Sequence record: MN453779.2
Length of the DNA stretch: 64,000 nucleotides
Reading direction: 5' to 3' (one strand)
Shown in pieces: positions 38,519-49,507 of the stretch (position 1 is the stretch's first letter; every line of letters starts with the position of its first letter). Made by a program: the position numbers and the translations under genes. The notes under the pieces were generated by a model. It searched no databases, was not told the DNA's origin, and was given only the letters and a program-made list of their open reading frames with translations.

Positions 38519-39610
38519 ATGGCTAACGAATTTGTACCTACTGTAAAGAGTCCAAGTAAGGATAATCTTTACGAAGAAGTAATGAAACCTTATGAAGAAG
38601 GAATGAACTTCTTCTTGAATAAAACTGTTACTGTAGATAACACTGAAGTAACCGAAGAGAATAAAGAAACTGTCGCTGGTTTAGAGTCTTTGATTAAAAC
38701 CTTTACCAAGGAAAATAATACAGCTTTAGTTCTTGATCTTGATAATGAAAGTTTTATTAGCTATCAAGGTAGCGAAGGGTTTGGTACTAAGGTACGTAAA
38801 GGTATCGATGTCCTTATTCAGTTTGTTAAGGATGCGGTAAGTTGGTTAATGTCTTTAATCAACAACAAACTCTTTAGGATTGACAATCGTACTTATCGGG
38901 TAACGTCACGTCGTAAACGCTTTGGGTTGACCCAGGAAGATGTTAAGTATCCTGCCGGTATGAGACGTCTACTTGTCCCTAACAAGGTCACAGATGACGC
39001 TCAGTGGGTTTATGCTTCATTGGAAGATGTTAATGACTTCTATCTTAAAACTGTTCAAGTTTACAAAGATCTAATTGGTCAGATTGCCAAGAATCCAACT
39101 ACCTTTGATCTACACCAAGCTATGAATGATGTCACCACTGTGATGATTCGTGGTTTAGGTATGAAACAAAATGGCAAAAATGTTGAAGGTACTACAAGTT
39201 GGGTAACTGATATTCTTCCTGGTAATCGTTATTTCCGTTTTGATGCAAGCACTGATAATAACACTGATCGTGTAAACATCTATTTTGAAGATACAACTAT
39301 GGATGTTAAACTTCGTTCACAGACTTTCTCTCCCACTAGTTTCATGATTGATAAAACTCTTGCTAAGATTAAAGAGCTGGTGGATAACATCAGATCTAAT
39401 CAGAAAACAGTTGGTGAGTTGTATCGTAAGTTTGAGAAAGAAGTTCTCCATTACGAAATGAAGCAAGATTATCAAATGACGAAGGATCAAAAGGATTATC
39501 TTCGTTGGTTAGTGCGTATGAATAAGAAGCTCTGTAGCTTGTCAATTCAATATGTCACAGCAGCGGTGGATGTTTCTTTAGATTTTTGCGAAGCGGGGAT
39601 TAAGGAATGA
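38519..39610 (+). CDS. Internal head protein paralog
   Basis: ATG 38519 after AGGAG; AGLESL and GSEGF. Confidence 0.65.
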   Translation: MANEFVPTVKSPSKDNLYEEVMKPYEEGMNFFLNKTVTVDNTEVTEENKETVAGLESLIKTFTKENNTALVLDLDNESFISYQGSEGFGTKVRKGIDVLIQFVKDAVSWLMSLINNKLFRIDNRTYRVTSRRKRFGLTQEDVKYPAGMRRLLVPNKVTDDAQWVYASLEDVNDFYLKTVQVYKDLIGQIAKNPTTFDLHQAMNDVTTVMIRGLGMKQNGKNVEGTTSWVTDILPGNRYFRFDASTDNNTDRVNIYFEDTTMDVKLRSQTFSPTSFMIDKTLAKIKELVDNIRSNQKTVGELYRKFEKEVLHYEMKQDYQMTKDQKDYLRWLVRMNKKLCSLSIQYVTAAVDVSLDFCEAGIKE

Positions 39611-40140
39611 TCGCTGATATTAATCTGATAAATGAACGAATCTTGAAACAGTTGTTTATTTATCAGTTAAACAAGGTTAATCGCAGTAATCTTCAAATTG
39701 ATGTAGATTCAGTTCACTTTGCTAAAACTTCTGGTAATAAAGTTCTACTTAGGGATAACAGTTCCCCGGCTGGTGTTGTTGTTAACAAGATCTCCATTAA
39801 TGATCTATTCGGAGAAGAACTAGACTTAAGTCAATTTAAAAACCTGAAAATTATTCAACAAATTAAAGGTAACTTTTACCAGGACGAGCTCAGTGCTGTT
39901 ATAAACGATTTCAACGCTAAGATGACTAAAGTTACAGTAACTGAAGAGACCGACGTTATAGAAGGTTTTAGGGGCATTCCTGAAGACATTCTAAATGACT
40001 TTGTTTTGTTCTGTAAAGTTACAGGGTTCTTTGGGTTAAAAGCCAAAGATATTTCATTAACAAAACAAGATAATGTTCTCACTATTGAGATCCCTGGTGC
40101 TCATCTTCTTTTCTCTGGTCAACTAAAGGTTTTGGTATGA
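39607..40140 (+). CDS. Putative virion protein, 177 aa
   Basis: ATGA overlap with the upstream gene. Confidence 0.65.
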   Translation: MIADINLINERILKQLFIYQLNKVNRSNLQIDVDSVHFAKTSGNKVLLRDNSSPAGVVVNKISINDLFGEELDLSQFKNLKIIQQIKGNFYQDELSAVINDFNAKMTKVTVTEETDVIEGFRGIPEDILNDFVLFCKVTGFFGLKAKDISLTKQDNVLTIEIPGAHLLFSGQLKVLV

Positions 40141-40682
40141 TAAACATTGACCGATATAAACAACTAAAACAGTGTTTGGTGATCTTTGAAGCTTTGTATT
40201 TAAAGTCTGTTGTAAAAGTAGATAACTGTCAAATTGATTTAGAAAAGCTCAAAGCTAATATTGTTTCCATTATCGATGGAATTGAGAAAGACATGGTTAT
40301 CCCTGTTAATCTCCTACACACTAAAAGAGCTTCTCTGGATGTATGGGATTTGGAACGAGTTTTTGTTAAAGCTCTCCAAGCTGTAACTGATAATGAAAAC
40401 TTAGGATCTTACACAATCGAAGAAAAGTTACATGACTATCCAAATTTCAAATTGTTGGTTGAAACCTTCTACTCAGAAAGAGAAAGAAACATTGTCCACG
40501 AAGATCTGAAACTTCCAACTGTTAGGTTGTTAGCGGCAGTAGAGGAAGCTTTTGGATTTATTAACATGTACGTTAATAAACGCGATCTTCGTCCCAATTT
40601 AAAACTCATTGACATGTTGAATCTTGTCAACCTTATTCACACAGTTGAGTTTGTGTTTGAACTCACCAATGAACACGCTTGA
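40137..40682 (+). CDS. Hypothetical protein, 181 aa
   Basis: ATGA overlap with the upstream gene. Confidence 0.7.
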   Translation: MINIDRYKQLKQCLVIFEALYLKSVVKVDNCQIDLEKLKANIVSIIDGIEKDMVIPVNLLHTKRASLDVWDLERVFVKALQAVTDNENLGSYTIEEKLHDYPNFKLLVETFYSERERNIVHEDLKLPTVRLLAAVEEAFGFINMYVNKRDLRPNLKLIDMLNLVNLIHTVEFVFELTNEHA

Positions 40683-40689
40683 GGTTAAA

Positions 40690-41583
40690 ATGATTAACGT
40701 AACAACACTTAACCCAGAATACGGTGACCAGATTTGTGGGTCGGTCCCCGAGGCGCCTGAATTTCCCGTCACTCTGGTTAATGATCTTGATCACGTAGAA
40801 GAAGTACTAGATGGTTATTCACAACTTCTTTCTCACGATGAGATGGAACTGGCTAATCTACAGGGCTCTGAATGCTACGCCATGACCGTTCTTAAGCTTC
40901 GTGGGTACGAAGGGTGTGAGTCATGGATGGAAACGCTTAAAAAGAGCGCTGAGGCTGCTTATAAAGCAATCATTGAAACACTACGCAGCATTAAAGAGTT
41001 CTTCTTTGGCGAAGGCGAGAAGCAGGTTCAAGCTGCTGATGAGAAAGCGCAACAATCTGTAGAAGCCTTAGCGGAACTAGATAAATCTGCTCCTGTACCG
41101 GATGGTAAAGTTAAAGAACCCACTTCTTACTTTAAAGGACTAGGTGAATCAGTGGAACATCAGAAACTACTTGATAAACACCCTAGCATCAAACAAGTTA
41201 TTGATAAAATTAACCAATCAGTTTCTAGAGTTGCTAATTCACAAACCGTAGGACAACTTGGAGCTGTTTATCAAGACATCCGTAAGTCAGCTGCTGGTGC
41301 TGCTGAAGAACTTACCAAAAAGCTTAAAGAGAGTATTAGTAAAGCTGAGAAAGCAGCTAATGAAATGAAGTCACCAAAGACCGTAGCTGATGATGCTCCG
41401 CAGGAAGTTAAAGACGCCGCTAAAGCAGAGCACAAAGAAACTGTTGACGAAGCTAAAGATGAAACTAAACAATCTCGTTTGATCGCAAGTCTTCGTAATA
41501 AAATTGTCACTGTTTTAAATGCTGTCTCTTCTAATGCTAATTCTGTTAAGGTAGAAAAGCCTGAGTCAGAATTCAAAGGTTAA
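40690..41583 (+). CDS. Putative head protein, paralog of 16347..17270
   Basis: ATG 40690 after GAGGT; YAMTVLKLRGYEGCESW...SIKEFFFG. Confidence 0.65.
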   Translation: MINVTTLNPEYGDQICGSVPEAPEFPVTLVNDLDHVEEVLDGYSQLLSHDEMELANLQGSECYAMTVLKLRGYEGCESWMETLKKSAEAAYKAIIETLRSIKEFFFGEGEKQVQAADEKAQQSVEALAELDKSAPVPDGKVKEPTSYFKGLGESVEHQKLLDKHPSIKQVIDKINQSVSRVANSQTVGQLGAVYQDIRKSAAGAAEELTKKLKESISKAEKAANEMKSPKTVADDAPQEVKDAAKAEHKETVDEAKDETKQSRLIASLRNKIVTVLNAVSSNANSVKVEKPESEFKG

Positions 41584-41592
41584 GGGATCGGT

Positions 41593-42594
41593 ATGAGCTT
41601 TAAAGAGCAGGTACACTCACTCCTTCCTCCTGGAAGCACCTTCCTTCGAATGTTCTCTGAATCTCCTACACGTAGTAAAGTAGAGTATCAACTAGGGGAA
41701 CAGTGGAATGGTGTTGTAATTGATAAAGTAGATTTAGGTAAACTCTCAGAAGTTATTCCATTTATCTCTTTAACCTCCCCTTGTACTATGAATGATCTTT
41801 ATAAACAGATTTCTGATCAGTTTGATTTAGGTCTGGTACAAGGAACCGATTACAATGATTCCACTACACTCTCACTAGACTCTACCGATCGTTATCTAAC
41901 GTTACCCGTACTTCCAGATAGCCTTGGTTACTATGGGGAGTTCAAATGCCGTGTAAGAGCATCTGGTGATAGTTTAAACAGTTACCTTAGTGATCGCGAT
42001 CTTACTACTATTTCTTTTGATAAACTATTTCCTTTAACTACTCTACGTTTTTATCTTGTTTCTAGAATTTTCTCATTACCCACCGGTAAACTCTTTTCTG
42101 ATGTTGGATTAAGTTCTGGCTTCATTAATGAATTAGTTACTACTTTGAATAAACAGTTTCCTATCTACTCTACAGAGTGTCTTGAAGAACTGTTACAACG
42201 TGGTCAAGTAACTGGTTTAGTTAATGATGGTATCTCTGATCTCTTTGTATTTAAACTTCCTGATGGTAATGAGTTCTTTGTTCGTTTCTCTAGTCATTGG
42301 AATGATCTCCCTAACGTTAATTTTATTTTTAACAGTGGAATTAATACATTGGATGACAACTCGGAAGGGTTGCTATCTGGAAGTGAATCAGTTGACTTGG
42401 AGAATCCGGTTGAGAATGAGGGGGAAACTTTATATAAACAAGCATTAACGTTAGTTAATGATCCTAATCCTTCCTTAACTCCAGAGGAGAATACTCTTCA
42501 ATTAGAAGAAGAGATCAAAGAAGAAATTATTATTAACGATAATGGAAAAGAGATAGAAATCATAGAAGAAGAAACAGTTGTTACATTCGAATAA
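41593..42594 (+). CDS. Putative virion protein with an acidic C-terminal tail, 333 aa
   Basis: ORF in the structural cluster, ends at a terminator. Confidence 0.65.
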   Translation: MSFKEQVHSLLPPGSTFLRMFSESPTRSKVEYQLGEQWNGVVIDKVDLGKLSEVIPFISLTSPCTMNDLYKQISDQFDLGLVQGTDYNDSTTLSLDSTDRYLTLPVLPDSLGYYGEFKCRVRASGDSLNSYLSDRDLTTISFDKLFPLTTLRFYLVSRIFSLPTGKLFSDVGLSSGFINELVTTLNKQFPIYSTECLEELLQRGQVTGLVNDGISDLFVFKLPDGNEFFVRFSSHWNDLPNVNFIFNSGINTLDDNSEGLLSGSESVDLENPVENEGETLYKQALTLVNDPNPSLTPEENTLQLEEEIKEEIIINDNGKEIEIIEEETVVTFE

Positions 42595-42640
42595 ACATAA
42601 CGTTACTCTACCTAACCAATAACGGTTAGGTAGAGTTGTT
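42595..42640 (+). terminator. Hairpin terminator
   Basis: ACATAA, then ACTCTACCTAACC-AATAAC-GGTTAGGTAGAGT. Confidence 0.78.
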
Positions 42641-42647
42641 TACTCAG

Positions 42648-42655
42648 ATGTTATG
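42648..42655 (+). promoter_or_regulatory. Putative late promoter core ATGTTATG
   Basis: Between the terminator and the 42676 operon. Confidence 0.45.
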
Positions 42656-42675
42656 AAAACACCATATAGGAGTGG

Positions 42676-44193
42676 ATGGAGATGTTTACAGTTAAACTAC
42701 CATCATCGGAAACATATCGAATTTCAGTAAGACCTTCAGTGTTTAAATCATTAGCTCAAGAACTCTGTTACTTTAATCTCCATCAGAAAAACCAAATCTT
42801 CTTTAATGGTGAAGCTGAAGTTTCTAAATTGATTGGTGGTGAGTATAACGGAAGAAGAGGAAGTGATTTATCCATTGATGTCGGGTACAACGATAAGATC
42901 TTTGTAGAGTTTGAATCAGAACCTTCTGGATTTAATGACGAATTAGATTCCATGAGAGGAGTTACTACACCATTGTTGTGGCAAGATCCATTAACTGGTA
43001 GTAGTATCAGACCTATATTCGAAGGTAAGCGTTATACAATCACCATTAACAAGTTCTTTAAGGATAGGGTTACTGCTGAGTCATTCAGACGAAGAATTCG
43101 TTCAGCGATCTTAGGAGAGCATTTAAATACACTATTTGATTTAGATACGCACTTTCCTATCCCAATGGAAATATTAGCTTGTTATCAAGAGATCTATAAT
43201 CGACTAGTTAATGCTAAAGCTGTTGATACTACTGATAGTAACTTTATCAAATGGTTTAGACAAAACAGTTTGGTTCCTACCGATTATATTAGTAACTTAA
43301 TTGGTAATAATGACTGTTTAGTATTTAAACAACAAATGGCTGATAACGGAATTGATCATGGCGACGTTCAAATAGCCAAAGTGAACAAAGGACGCTACAT
43401 TGGTCAATATGAAGTTAGTTGGAGTTATAGTTACCACTGGAACGAACATACTGAATGGGAATTAACATACCCTATTCAAGTATATCAGCAACCAATGAAC
43501 GTAGAATGGATGCCGGATGACTTTGATAACAATAAACGTAGTTATCCCACTAGACGCTTCCTTGAGTCTAAACTAGCGAGCATGGTATTTGATTATCTTC
43601 AAGATAACGTAAACAAGTATGTTTGCTTACCTAGCCAGGATAATTGGCGTCCTCCAACTACCAACTGGATCTCTCCCCAATTACAAGTATTAATTAATCT
43701 GGAAGATGTTCAAACAGAACAGGTGTTATTAAATATAACACAGATACAAGGTTTTGAATGGAATCCGACATTCCTCCACTTGATTTTGAAATACCATAAG
43801 AAAGTAACTAAAAGACATAGTTCACCACTTAATTTTAAATTATATTCTAATAACGTAGAAGTGTTGGAAAGTAATATAGAATTAAGAGAAAATGGTGACT
43901 TAGTGCTTCTAAGACCAGGAACATTAAAGAATATCTATCGACTCACCTTTAACCTCGATACCGCCATTAGGTTATTTGACGATGATTGTATTAATGATCT
44001 ACTAAATGATCTTGAGTACGGCAAAACCATTATCGATACCTTGTTCCCACAATACCCGTTCCCGGCGGATTGGGGGAGTGGTGGCAAAAATGACTGGTGG
44101 AGTATCTACGACAATGTTGATGTAGGTGACGGTGAATTAATCGAAGAGTTTTCATCATACATGATGGGTCTTGGTATCATCGCTTATCGATAA
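42676..44193 (+). CDS. Virion structural protein (phiKZ gp98-like), 505 aa
   Basis: AGGAG RBS; assignment by synteny only. Confidence 0.55.
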   Translation: MEMFTVKLPSSETYRISVRPSVFKSLAQELCYFNLHQKNQIFFNGEAEVSKLIGGEYNGRRGSDLSIDVGYNDKIFVEFESEPSGFNDELDSMRGVTTPLLWQDPLTGSSIRPIFEGKRYTITINKFFKDRVTAESFRRRIRSAILGEHLNTLFDLDTHFPIPMEILACYQEIYNRLVNAKAVDTTDSNFIKWFRQNSLVPTDYISNLIGNNDCLVFKQQMADNGIDHGDVQIAKVNKGRYIGQYEVSWSYSYHWNEHTEWELTYPIQVYQQPMNVEWMPDDFDNNKRSYPTRRFLESKLASMVFDYLQDNVNKYVCLPSQDNWRPPTTNWISPQLQVLINLEDVQTEQVLLNITQIQGFEWNPTFLHLILKYHKKVTKRHSSPLNFKLYSNNVEVLESNIELRENGDLVLLRPGTLKNIYRLTFNLDTAIRLFDDDCINDLLNDLEYGKTIIDTLFPQYPFPADWGSGGKNDWWSIYDNVDVGDGELIEEFSSYMMGLGIIAYR

Positions 44194-44204
44194 AAGGGTT
44201 ACAA

Positions 44205-45500
44205 ATGGCTCAAACAGTTATCGGACAGGTCGCTGAACCTGTCCAAGAAGAAAGAGCGATGGATAAAGTCTATAGACACTCCATTGTAGAATCTCATTAT
44301 ACGCCTCATACCAGTTTACTCTCTTTTGTATCAGGTTCTCCCACGTTGGTAGAATGGTACAGAGGTAGTTATGGTACAGACGAAGAACAACACGCTTTCA
44401 CTCCTGACTCTATTGAGACTTATAGTTCTTATAAAAGAATCAAAAATCTCATAGTTAAATTAGATGACGGTAATGGTAGTTTCAACTTCGATCAAAATAA
44501 TGCTCAATCTGAACTCACCCATACCGGATATGTGATTTTTGATCTTACTCCCAATAAAGGCGATTTGTTTATCCGCGATATTGGTGACGGTCGAGCTGGT
44601 TTGTTCAAACTTACTGAACAACCAGAGATACGTTCTATCGCTGCTGACAAGTGTTATTACTTCGAAGCCAAACTTCTTGGTGTTGTAACCGAGGAGATTG
44701 AGAATAACTTAAACAGTAAAGTCATCGAAGAGTTATATTACTCCAAAGACATAGCTGTAGCTGGCGGTAACGCCGTCCTTACTAAAGACGATACTCAGCT
44801 TAATAAGAAGCTCTATGATTTCCAGCTGGCAATTATGGATGAGATCCTTGGTAATCATTTCTTCTCTGATGAAAACACTATAGTTATACCCAACGAAAAG
44901 AATGACTATCTTTACGATCCATATTTAGCTAAGTTCCTCTCTTACACTTTCCCAGTTAAATTACTTGGTAGTCGTAATAAGATTGAATTACTCAATGTTA
45001 ACTATTGGGTGGATTCTGGTAAGATGCAAGAACCTCTTACTATTTGGGATATGTTCTACCGTAATGCTTTTGAACATCCTAAACGGTTTAAACAAGATTA
45101 CTTTGTTCATAACAGAAATGAGATGATGAACACCAGAGGGTATGGTAATGTCTACTTTAGCAAAATGGATAGGGTTATTGTAGTTCATAAACCGTCTGCT
45201 ATGGGACAAGCTTACGACTTTAAAGGTGGTTTGTTACCGCAAGGTGTTTATACTCCCCATCCGTCATCAGAGGGTGTAGATTATCCGTACTACTTCTCCA
45301 AAGAGTTTTACGATGGCGCAGGTACTGAGGCGGAGCAATTTATCTGGAAGATGTTCAGAGATAAAACCATTGGTAAAAAAGAGTTGGTTGATGTTCTAGA
45401 GAAATTCTGGGATTTGGAACCAGTTGATAAACTATACATGAGCGGGATTTATGTAGGAGCTTGTAAAACAGCTCTGGTAACGTCGAGCGCTTATGTCTAA
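44205..45500 (+). CDS. Virion structural protein (phiKZ gp99-like), 431 aa
   Basis: Synteny; PNKGDLFIRDIGDGRAGLF segment. Confidence 0.6.
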   Translation: MAQTVIGQVAEPVQEERAMDKVYRHSIVESHYTPHTSLLSFVSGSPTLVEWYRGSYGTDEEQHAFTPDSIETYSSYKRIKNLIVKLDDGNGSFNFDQNNAQSELTHTGYVIFDLTPNKGDLFIRDIGDGRAGLFKLTEQPEIRSIAADKCYYFEAKLLGVVTEEIENNLNSKVIEELYYSKDIAVAGGNAVLTKDDTQLNKKLYDFQLAIMDEILGNHFFSDENTIVIPNEKNDYLYDPYLAKFLSYTFPVKLLGSRNKIELLNVNYWVDSGKMQEPLTIWDMFYRNAFEHPKRFKQDYFVHNRNEMMNTRGYGNVYFSKMDRVIVVHKPSAMGQAYDFKGGLLPQGVYTPHPSSEGVDYPYYFSKEFYDGAGTEAEQFIWKMFRDKTIGKKELVDVLEKFWDLEPVDKLYMSGIYVGACKTALVTSSAYV

Positions 45501-45515
45501 CACGAGGTATATGAA

Positions 45516-46178
45516 GTGGATCTAACACGCTACAATCACGTTAGAGAGAACTTGGTGAGTCTTTACAAAACGATTACCGAAGAAACCTTTAATGTTTACA
45601 TTCCAAAAAGTTCTTTCCTTTCATTGAAACAGATTAAACAAATAGAAAAGAACCCACCTATTAACGGAATGGAGTCTTACGGTAACGTGATCGAACGTCC
45701 ACTTTCTATACTGCGTATGGCTCAGGCCTTTTCAATGGTTGGGGAAGATGACGTTAACTTGGCATTTAGATATCCAAGGAAGGATATTCCAAGAATCTAT
45801 AACACTATTCAAGATTACATCATGTATTGGTTAGAGATTAAACGTAACTATGCAAGATTTGATTCTCCTGGATTAGATGAGTTAGAAATTCTTGAGAAAG
45901 TCGCTAAGTATGTTTTCTCTGCTTATAAAGAGTATCATATTCAAGAAGTCAATGATAAGTTCGGTGTCACTAAACAGTCCGATATGACACTGATGGATTA
46001 TATCAAAGGTACTTGGATGTATGGTGAACAGTTCCAAGAGAACATCTCGTTTATAAGTCACCTTGCTGTCTATAGAGAAGAGAATAACCTTTCCCAGTCT
46101 CATCACATTACCCAGAGTTCAAGTGACCTCCTACGCGATCTGATGGCTCTTAGGAACAAATCAGGGATGGGGGATTAA
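45516..46178 (+). CDS. Hypothetical protein, 220 aa
   Basis: GTG start 8 nt after GAGG. Confidence 0.7.
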   Translation: MDLTRYNHVRENLVSLYKTITEETFNVYIPKSSFLSLKQIKQIEKNPPINGMESYGNVIERPLSILRMAQAFSMVGEDDVNLAFRYPRKDIPRIYNTIQDYIMYWLEIKRNYARFDSPGLDELEILEKVAKYVFSAYKEYHIQEVNDKFGVTKQSDMTLMDYIKGTWMYGEQFQENISFISHLAVYREENNLSQSHHITQSSSDLLRDLMALRNKSGMGD

Positions 46179-46180
46179 TT

Positions 46181-47527
46181 ATGGGTTTAAACAGCCAAAT
46201 AGAAGGTTTCTTAAAACAAGCTGGTATTGTTGAAAAGAGATCTGATAAGTTAATTGATAGTACCAGAATTAAAGCAGTAGTGATTACACCTAAAGCACAG
46301 TTTAAGGCATTAGGTGTAACACATTTTACAGAAGTAGCTGATTTCATTTATAACCGTGCAGAAGTAGTAGGTATTAAACTAAGACTTCAGCCAAGTATTT
46401 ATTTCGATCACGTTGTTCCTTATCGTGACGATCTAATTATTCAAGTTATTATGGATTCAGAATCAGATATGGTGATACGAGAGTTCGTAGCTTCCCCTAT
46501 GGGAGATAAAGACTTTCGAGCCCAAAGTAATAACTCTCAACAAGCCAACTTGGACGCTTATGATGAAACCAACATGGTTGAGTATGAGTTTCAGTTAATT
46601 GATAAGGGTTATAACGTCCTTAAGAACATCCCTGTATCTGAAAACTTCATGATGTGTAAACCAGGTGACGTTCTTCCTCTAGTAATGGAAACTTATAGTA
46701 AACAGGCTAAAATGCCAAGCGGAGTAAAATACAAAGGTCTGTATTTACATCAACCCATTGATAATCAGAATAACTATAGACAAATACTCATACCACAAGG
46801 TACAAGGTTAATCGATGTGCCAAGTTATCTACAAGCTCACGATGAATACGGAATTTACTCTAAGGGTCTAGGTAGCTTCTATAAACAGGGTTATTGGTGG
46901 ATCTATCCTCTCTTTAACACAGAGCTTGCTGACAAACATTATCGTCCTATTGACATTATCCGTGTCCCTCAGGATAAAATCCCTACTCTTGATATGACGT
47001 TTGTTAAAACCGCTGATGCATTAACTATTATATCCACTGGTTATTCTGAACACAGTGACAACGCCGATGTGCGGAAACAAAACAGTGGTGTAGGTAAACG
47101 GATAGTGATGGCTGATGCCATTGCTGGTGATACTGGTTATCATTATACCAAAGGTAGAGCTGTTACTACTAGAGCAGATTCTCTCCAAGAGTATAAACTA
47201 TCAGATAGACGTAACGGTCAAGAGTACATCCCGCTTGATTTGAACCCAACTAGTAACGTTTCTCTCCCTATGAGTGAGAACGCTATGAACGAAGGTGAGT
47301 TCATTGAAGTGGAATGGCACAATGGCGATGTGGGATATTTGGAACCAGGTCATCCTGTTAAATACCAGTACATGGGTGAAGGCAACGACATGGTAGTAAG
47401 AAAAGGATCTTTGTTAGGTTATCGACAAGATCATCTTCCTATTACCACTGGACTAGAACCAAACATGAAACGTGTCTGTAAATTACTTCTATTTCTCAAA
47501 CGTCAAGAAAAATATAAAGCAACTTAA
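46181..47527 (+). CDS. Virion structural protein, probably baseplate hub (phiKZ gp101-like), 448 aa
   Basis: Synteny; YLQ...GIYSKGLGSFY motif. Confidence 0.55.
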   Translation: MGLNSQIEGFLKQAGIVEKRSDKLIDSTRIKAVVITPKAQFKALGVTHFTEVADFIYNRAEVVGIKLRLQPSIYFDHVVPYRDDLIIQVIMDSESDMVIREFVASPMGDKDFRAQSNNSQQANLDAYDETNMVEYEFQLIDKGYNVLKNIPVSENFMMCKPGDVLPLVMETYSKQAKMPSGVKYKGLYLHQPIDNQNNYRQILIPQGTRLIDVPSYLQAHDEYGIYSKGLGSFYKQGYWWIYPLFNTELADKHYRPIDIIRVPQDKIPTLDMTFVKTADALTIISTGYSEHSDNADVRKQNSGVGKRIVMADAIAGDTGYHYTKGRAVTTRADSLQEYKLSDRRNGQEYIPLDLNPTSNVSLPMSENAMNEGEFIEVEWHNGDVGYLEPGHPVKYQYMGEGNDMVVRKGSLLGYRQDHLPITTGLEPNMKRVCKLLLFLKRQEKYKAT

Positions 47528-47540
47528 GAACAAACATATT

Positions 47541-47572
47541 GCTAACTCTAGACCTCACGGTCTAGAGTTAGC
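47541..47572. terminator. Bidirectional hairpin terminator
   Basis: GCTAACTCTAGACC-TCAC-GGTCTAGAGTTAGC between convergent genes. Confidence 0.8.
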
Positions 47573-47582
47573 TTATTATGAA

Positions 47583-47897
47583 TTATTGACAGCCAATACC
47601 AAAACTTCTATGACATACAACTTGATGTGTATAAGCGTAACCAGAAACGACACTTACTAACCTAACGCCACATTTTTCATGGTAATTGTATTGTAGTTTA
47701 TTTTGGTCAGTATCTCTTAGTACGAGATTTGAGTCTACAAAAGCCGTGTTGTGAATAGCTACTATAGAATTTATATTAGAAATATAACCACCAGAGTCTA
47801 CTCTACAACCATTAATAACACCAGTAAAAGATTTATCCAACAAAGTGTTCAAATCTTCAGAATTAATGTGTTCATTATATATTGCAATATCAATCAT
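47583..47897 (-). CDS. Hypothetical protein, 104 aa
   Basis: AAGGA RBS; fills the gap downstream of the helicase. Confidence 0.65.
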   Translation of the reverse strand: MIDIAIYNEHINSEDLNTLLDKSFTGVINGCRVDSGGYISNINSIVAIHNTAFVDSNLVLRDTDQNKLQYNYHEKCGVRLVSVVSGYAYTHQVVCHRSFGIGCQ

Positions 47898-47930
47898 GTT
47901 TATTTCCTTTTACTCGGTCAGTAGAATTAA

Positions 47931-49469
47931 TTAACCCATGTCATCAAAATCAGAACCACCACCCATAGCTTCACTACGATGAGAGAGTGACTTTCTGAAA
48001 GTCTTTTTATCAAAGTTTATATCGTGCACTAACCCGTTTAAAGGGTCTAACGGATAGATCCCAAATCTAGCAGATTCAGCAGCACCTTCACCCCGCATCT
48101 TACCTACATAGTAAGTAAAGTAACATTCGTCATTACTCATCTTAGCTACATGGAACGTAATCTCTACATCTACCTCGTTGGTCAGCTTGGTAGAACCCTC
48201 AGTCATTGATTTACCGCCGATGTCTCTTGCAAAGTAAATTTCAGAATCATCATCGGATTCACGAATAAACTTTTTAGCATCAGGGTTTAATTGGTGAGGG
48301 GTAAAGAATGCAGCTCCGCGTGAACTAAAGAAGTTACGAGCACGACGATACAAGTCCTGAAGTTTATCGGAGCGAGATTCACCTTGACACCCAGTAAGAT
48401 CTGCCATAGCCAAGTAGTCGTAAGCTCCCACAATAATTTCGTGCCCACGAATTTCCAAGTTACGAACACGCTGCATAATCTCGGTAATGTTATCGTGACT
48501 TGGGTTTACACGAAAGAATTGAAAGTCCCATCCATTATCTTTAAAACCGGAGATAATAGTTTCTACTACTGTATCGGTAGTTGCTTCAAAGAAGTTTGGT
48601 TTAACCCCTGTTTTAGCGGTAACAAAAAGTTCGTACATACGCTTAAAGATCAAACCAAGAGAGTCCTCAGCTGACATCAAACAAACGGTTGGAATACGAC
48701 TCTTATCACGCAATACAGGTTTATTATAAAGTGGGACAGATGCCAAGATATGAGCTAGACCAAATGACTTACCGCGGTTAGTCAAAGCGTTGATCATGTA
48801 GAACAACCCACGACGAATACCTAAGTCCGGATAAAGTGCTTCGTTCAAACCAGCTAAGCCAGTTTTCATGATACCTTCGGCAGATGTCTCAATCTTCAAT
48901 AGATCAATTACAGCCGCGATAGACTTTGGATCATTACTACTGGATTTCTCCACAACTGCTTTATCAAAGTTATTATCAGTATCTGAAATCTTAGCTGAGA
49001 TAAGTTCGTTAATTTTAATCCAATCTTCTCTTGTCAGATCTTCTTCACCATCAAACAAGAATGGACGAACCATGGATTTGAATTCATATCCAAATTTGTT
49101 CTTGACATCATTATCACGAAGTTCTTTGATAATCTCAAAAATTAGCTTACGACTATCTTCCTCGTTATACTTATCGTTAAATGTGTTATTAAGAAGTTTC
49201 TCTAAAGTAGGATCAAGAATAACAATTTCACCAACTTTACTGACTGACAAAGATGTTATGATGTTGGAATCAACAGGTTGTTCCCTTATCCAAACTAAAA
49301 GTTTACGTAAGAGTGCCTCTACTCGTTTATCTTGTTGAACAAGACTTTCCTTACTTTTAGGAACAGATTCGGCCAACAAACTCAATTCATCCATCATGTC
49401 TGTATCGTGCAACCGCCAAGCTTGAAACATTGCTGTTGCTATTTTGACAAGACGAATTAGGTTATTCAT
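47931..49469 (-). CDS. dnaB: DnaB-like replicative helicase (phiKZ gp118-like)
   Basis: Walker A ALTNRGKS, Walker B IIVGAYDY, PHQLN motif, C-terminal GKMRG; lies upstream of the major capsid gene. Confidence 0.85.
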   Translation of the reverse strand: MNNLIRLVKIATAMFQAWRLHDTDMMDELSLLAESVPKSKESLVQQDKRVEALLRKLLVWIREQPVDSNIITSLSVSKVGEIVILDPTLEKLLNNTFNDKYNEEDSRKLIFEIIKELRDNDVKNKFGYEFKSMVRPFLFDGEEDLTREDWIKINELISAKISDTDNNFDKAVVEKSSSNDPKSIAAVIDLLKIETSAEGIMKTGLAGLNEALYPDLGIRRGLFYMINALTNRGKSFGLAHILASVPLYNKPVLRDKSRIPTVCLMSAEDSLGLIFKRMYELFVTAKTGVKPNFFEATTDTVVETIISGFKDNGWDFQFFRVNPSHDNITEIMQRVRNLEIRGHEIIVGAYDYLAMADLTGCQGESRSDKLQDLYRRARNFFSSRGAAFFTPHQLNPDAKKFIRESDDDSEIYFARDIGGKSMTEGSTKLTNEVDVEITFHVAKMSNDECYFTYYVGKMRGEGAAESARFGIYPLDPLNGLVHDINFDKKTFRKSLSHRSEAMGGGSDFDDMG

Positions 49470-49507
49470 ACGTAACTCCTTGGTGAAAATTCTGTTAGGT
49501 AACTAAT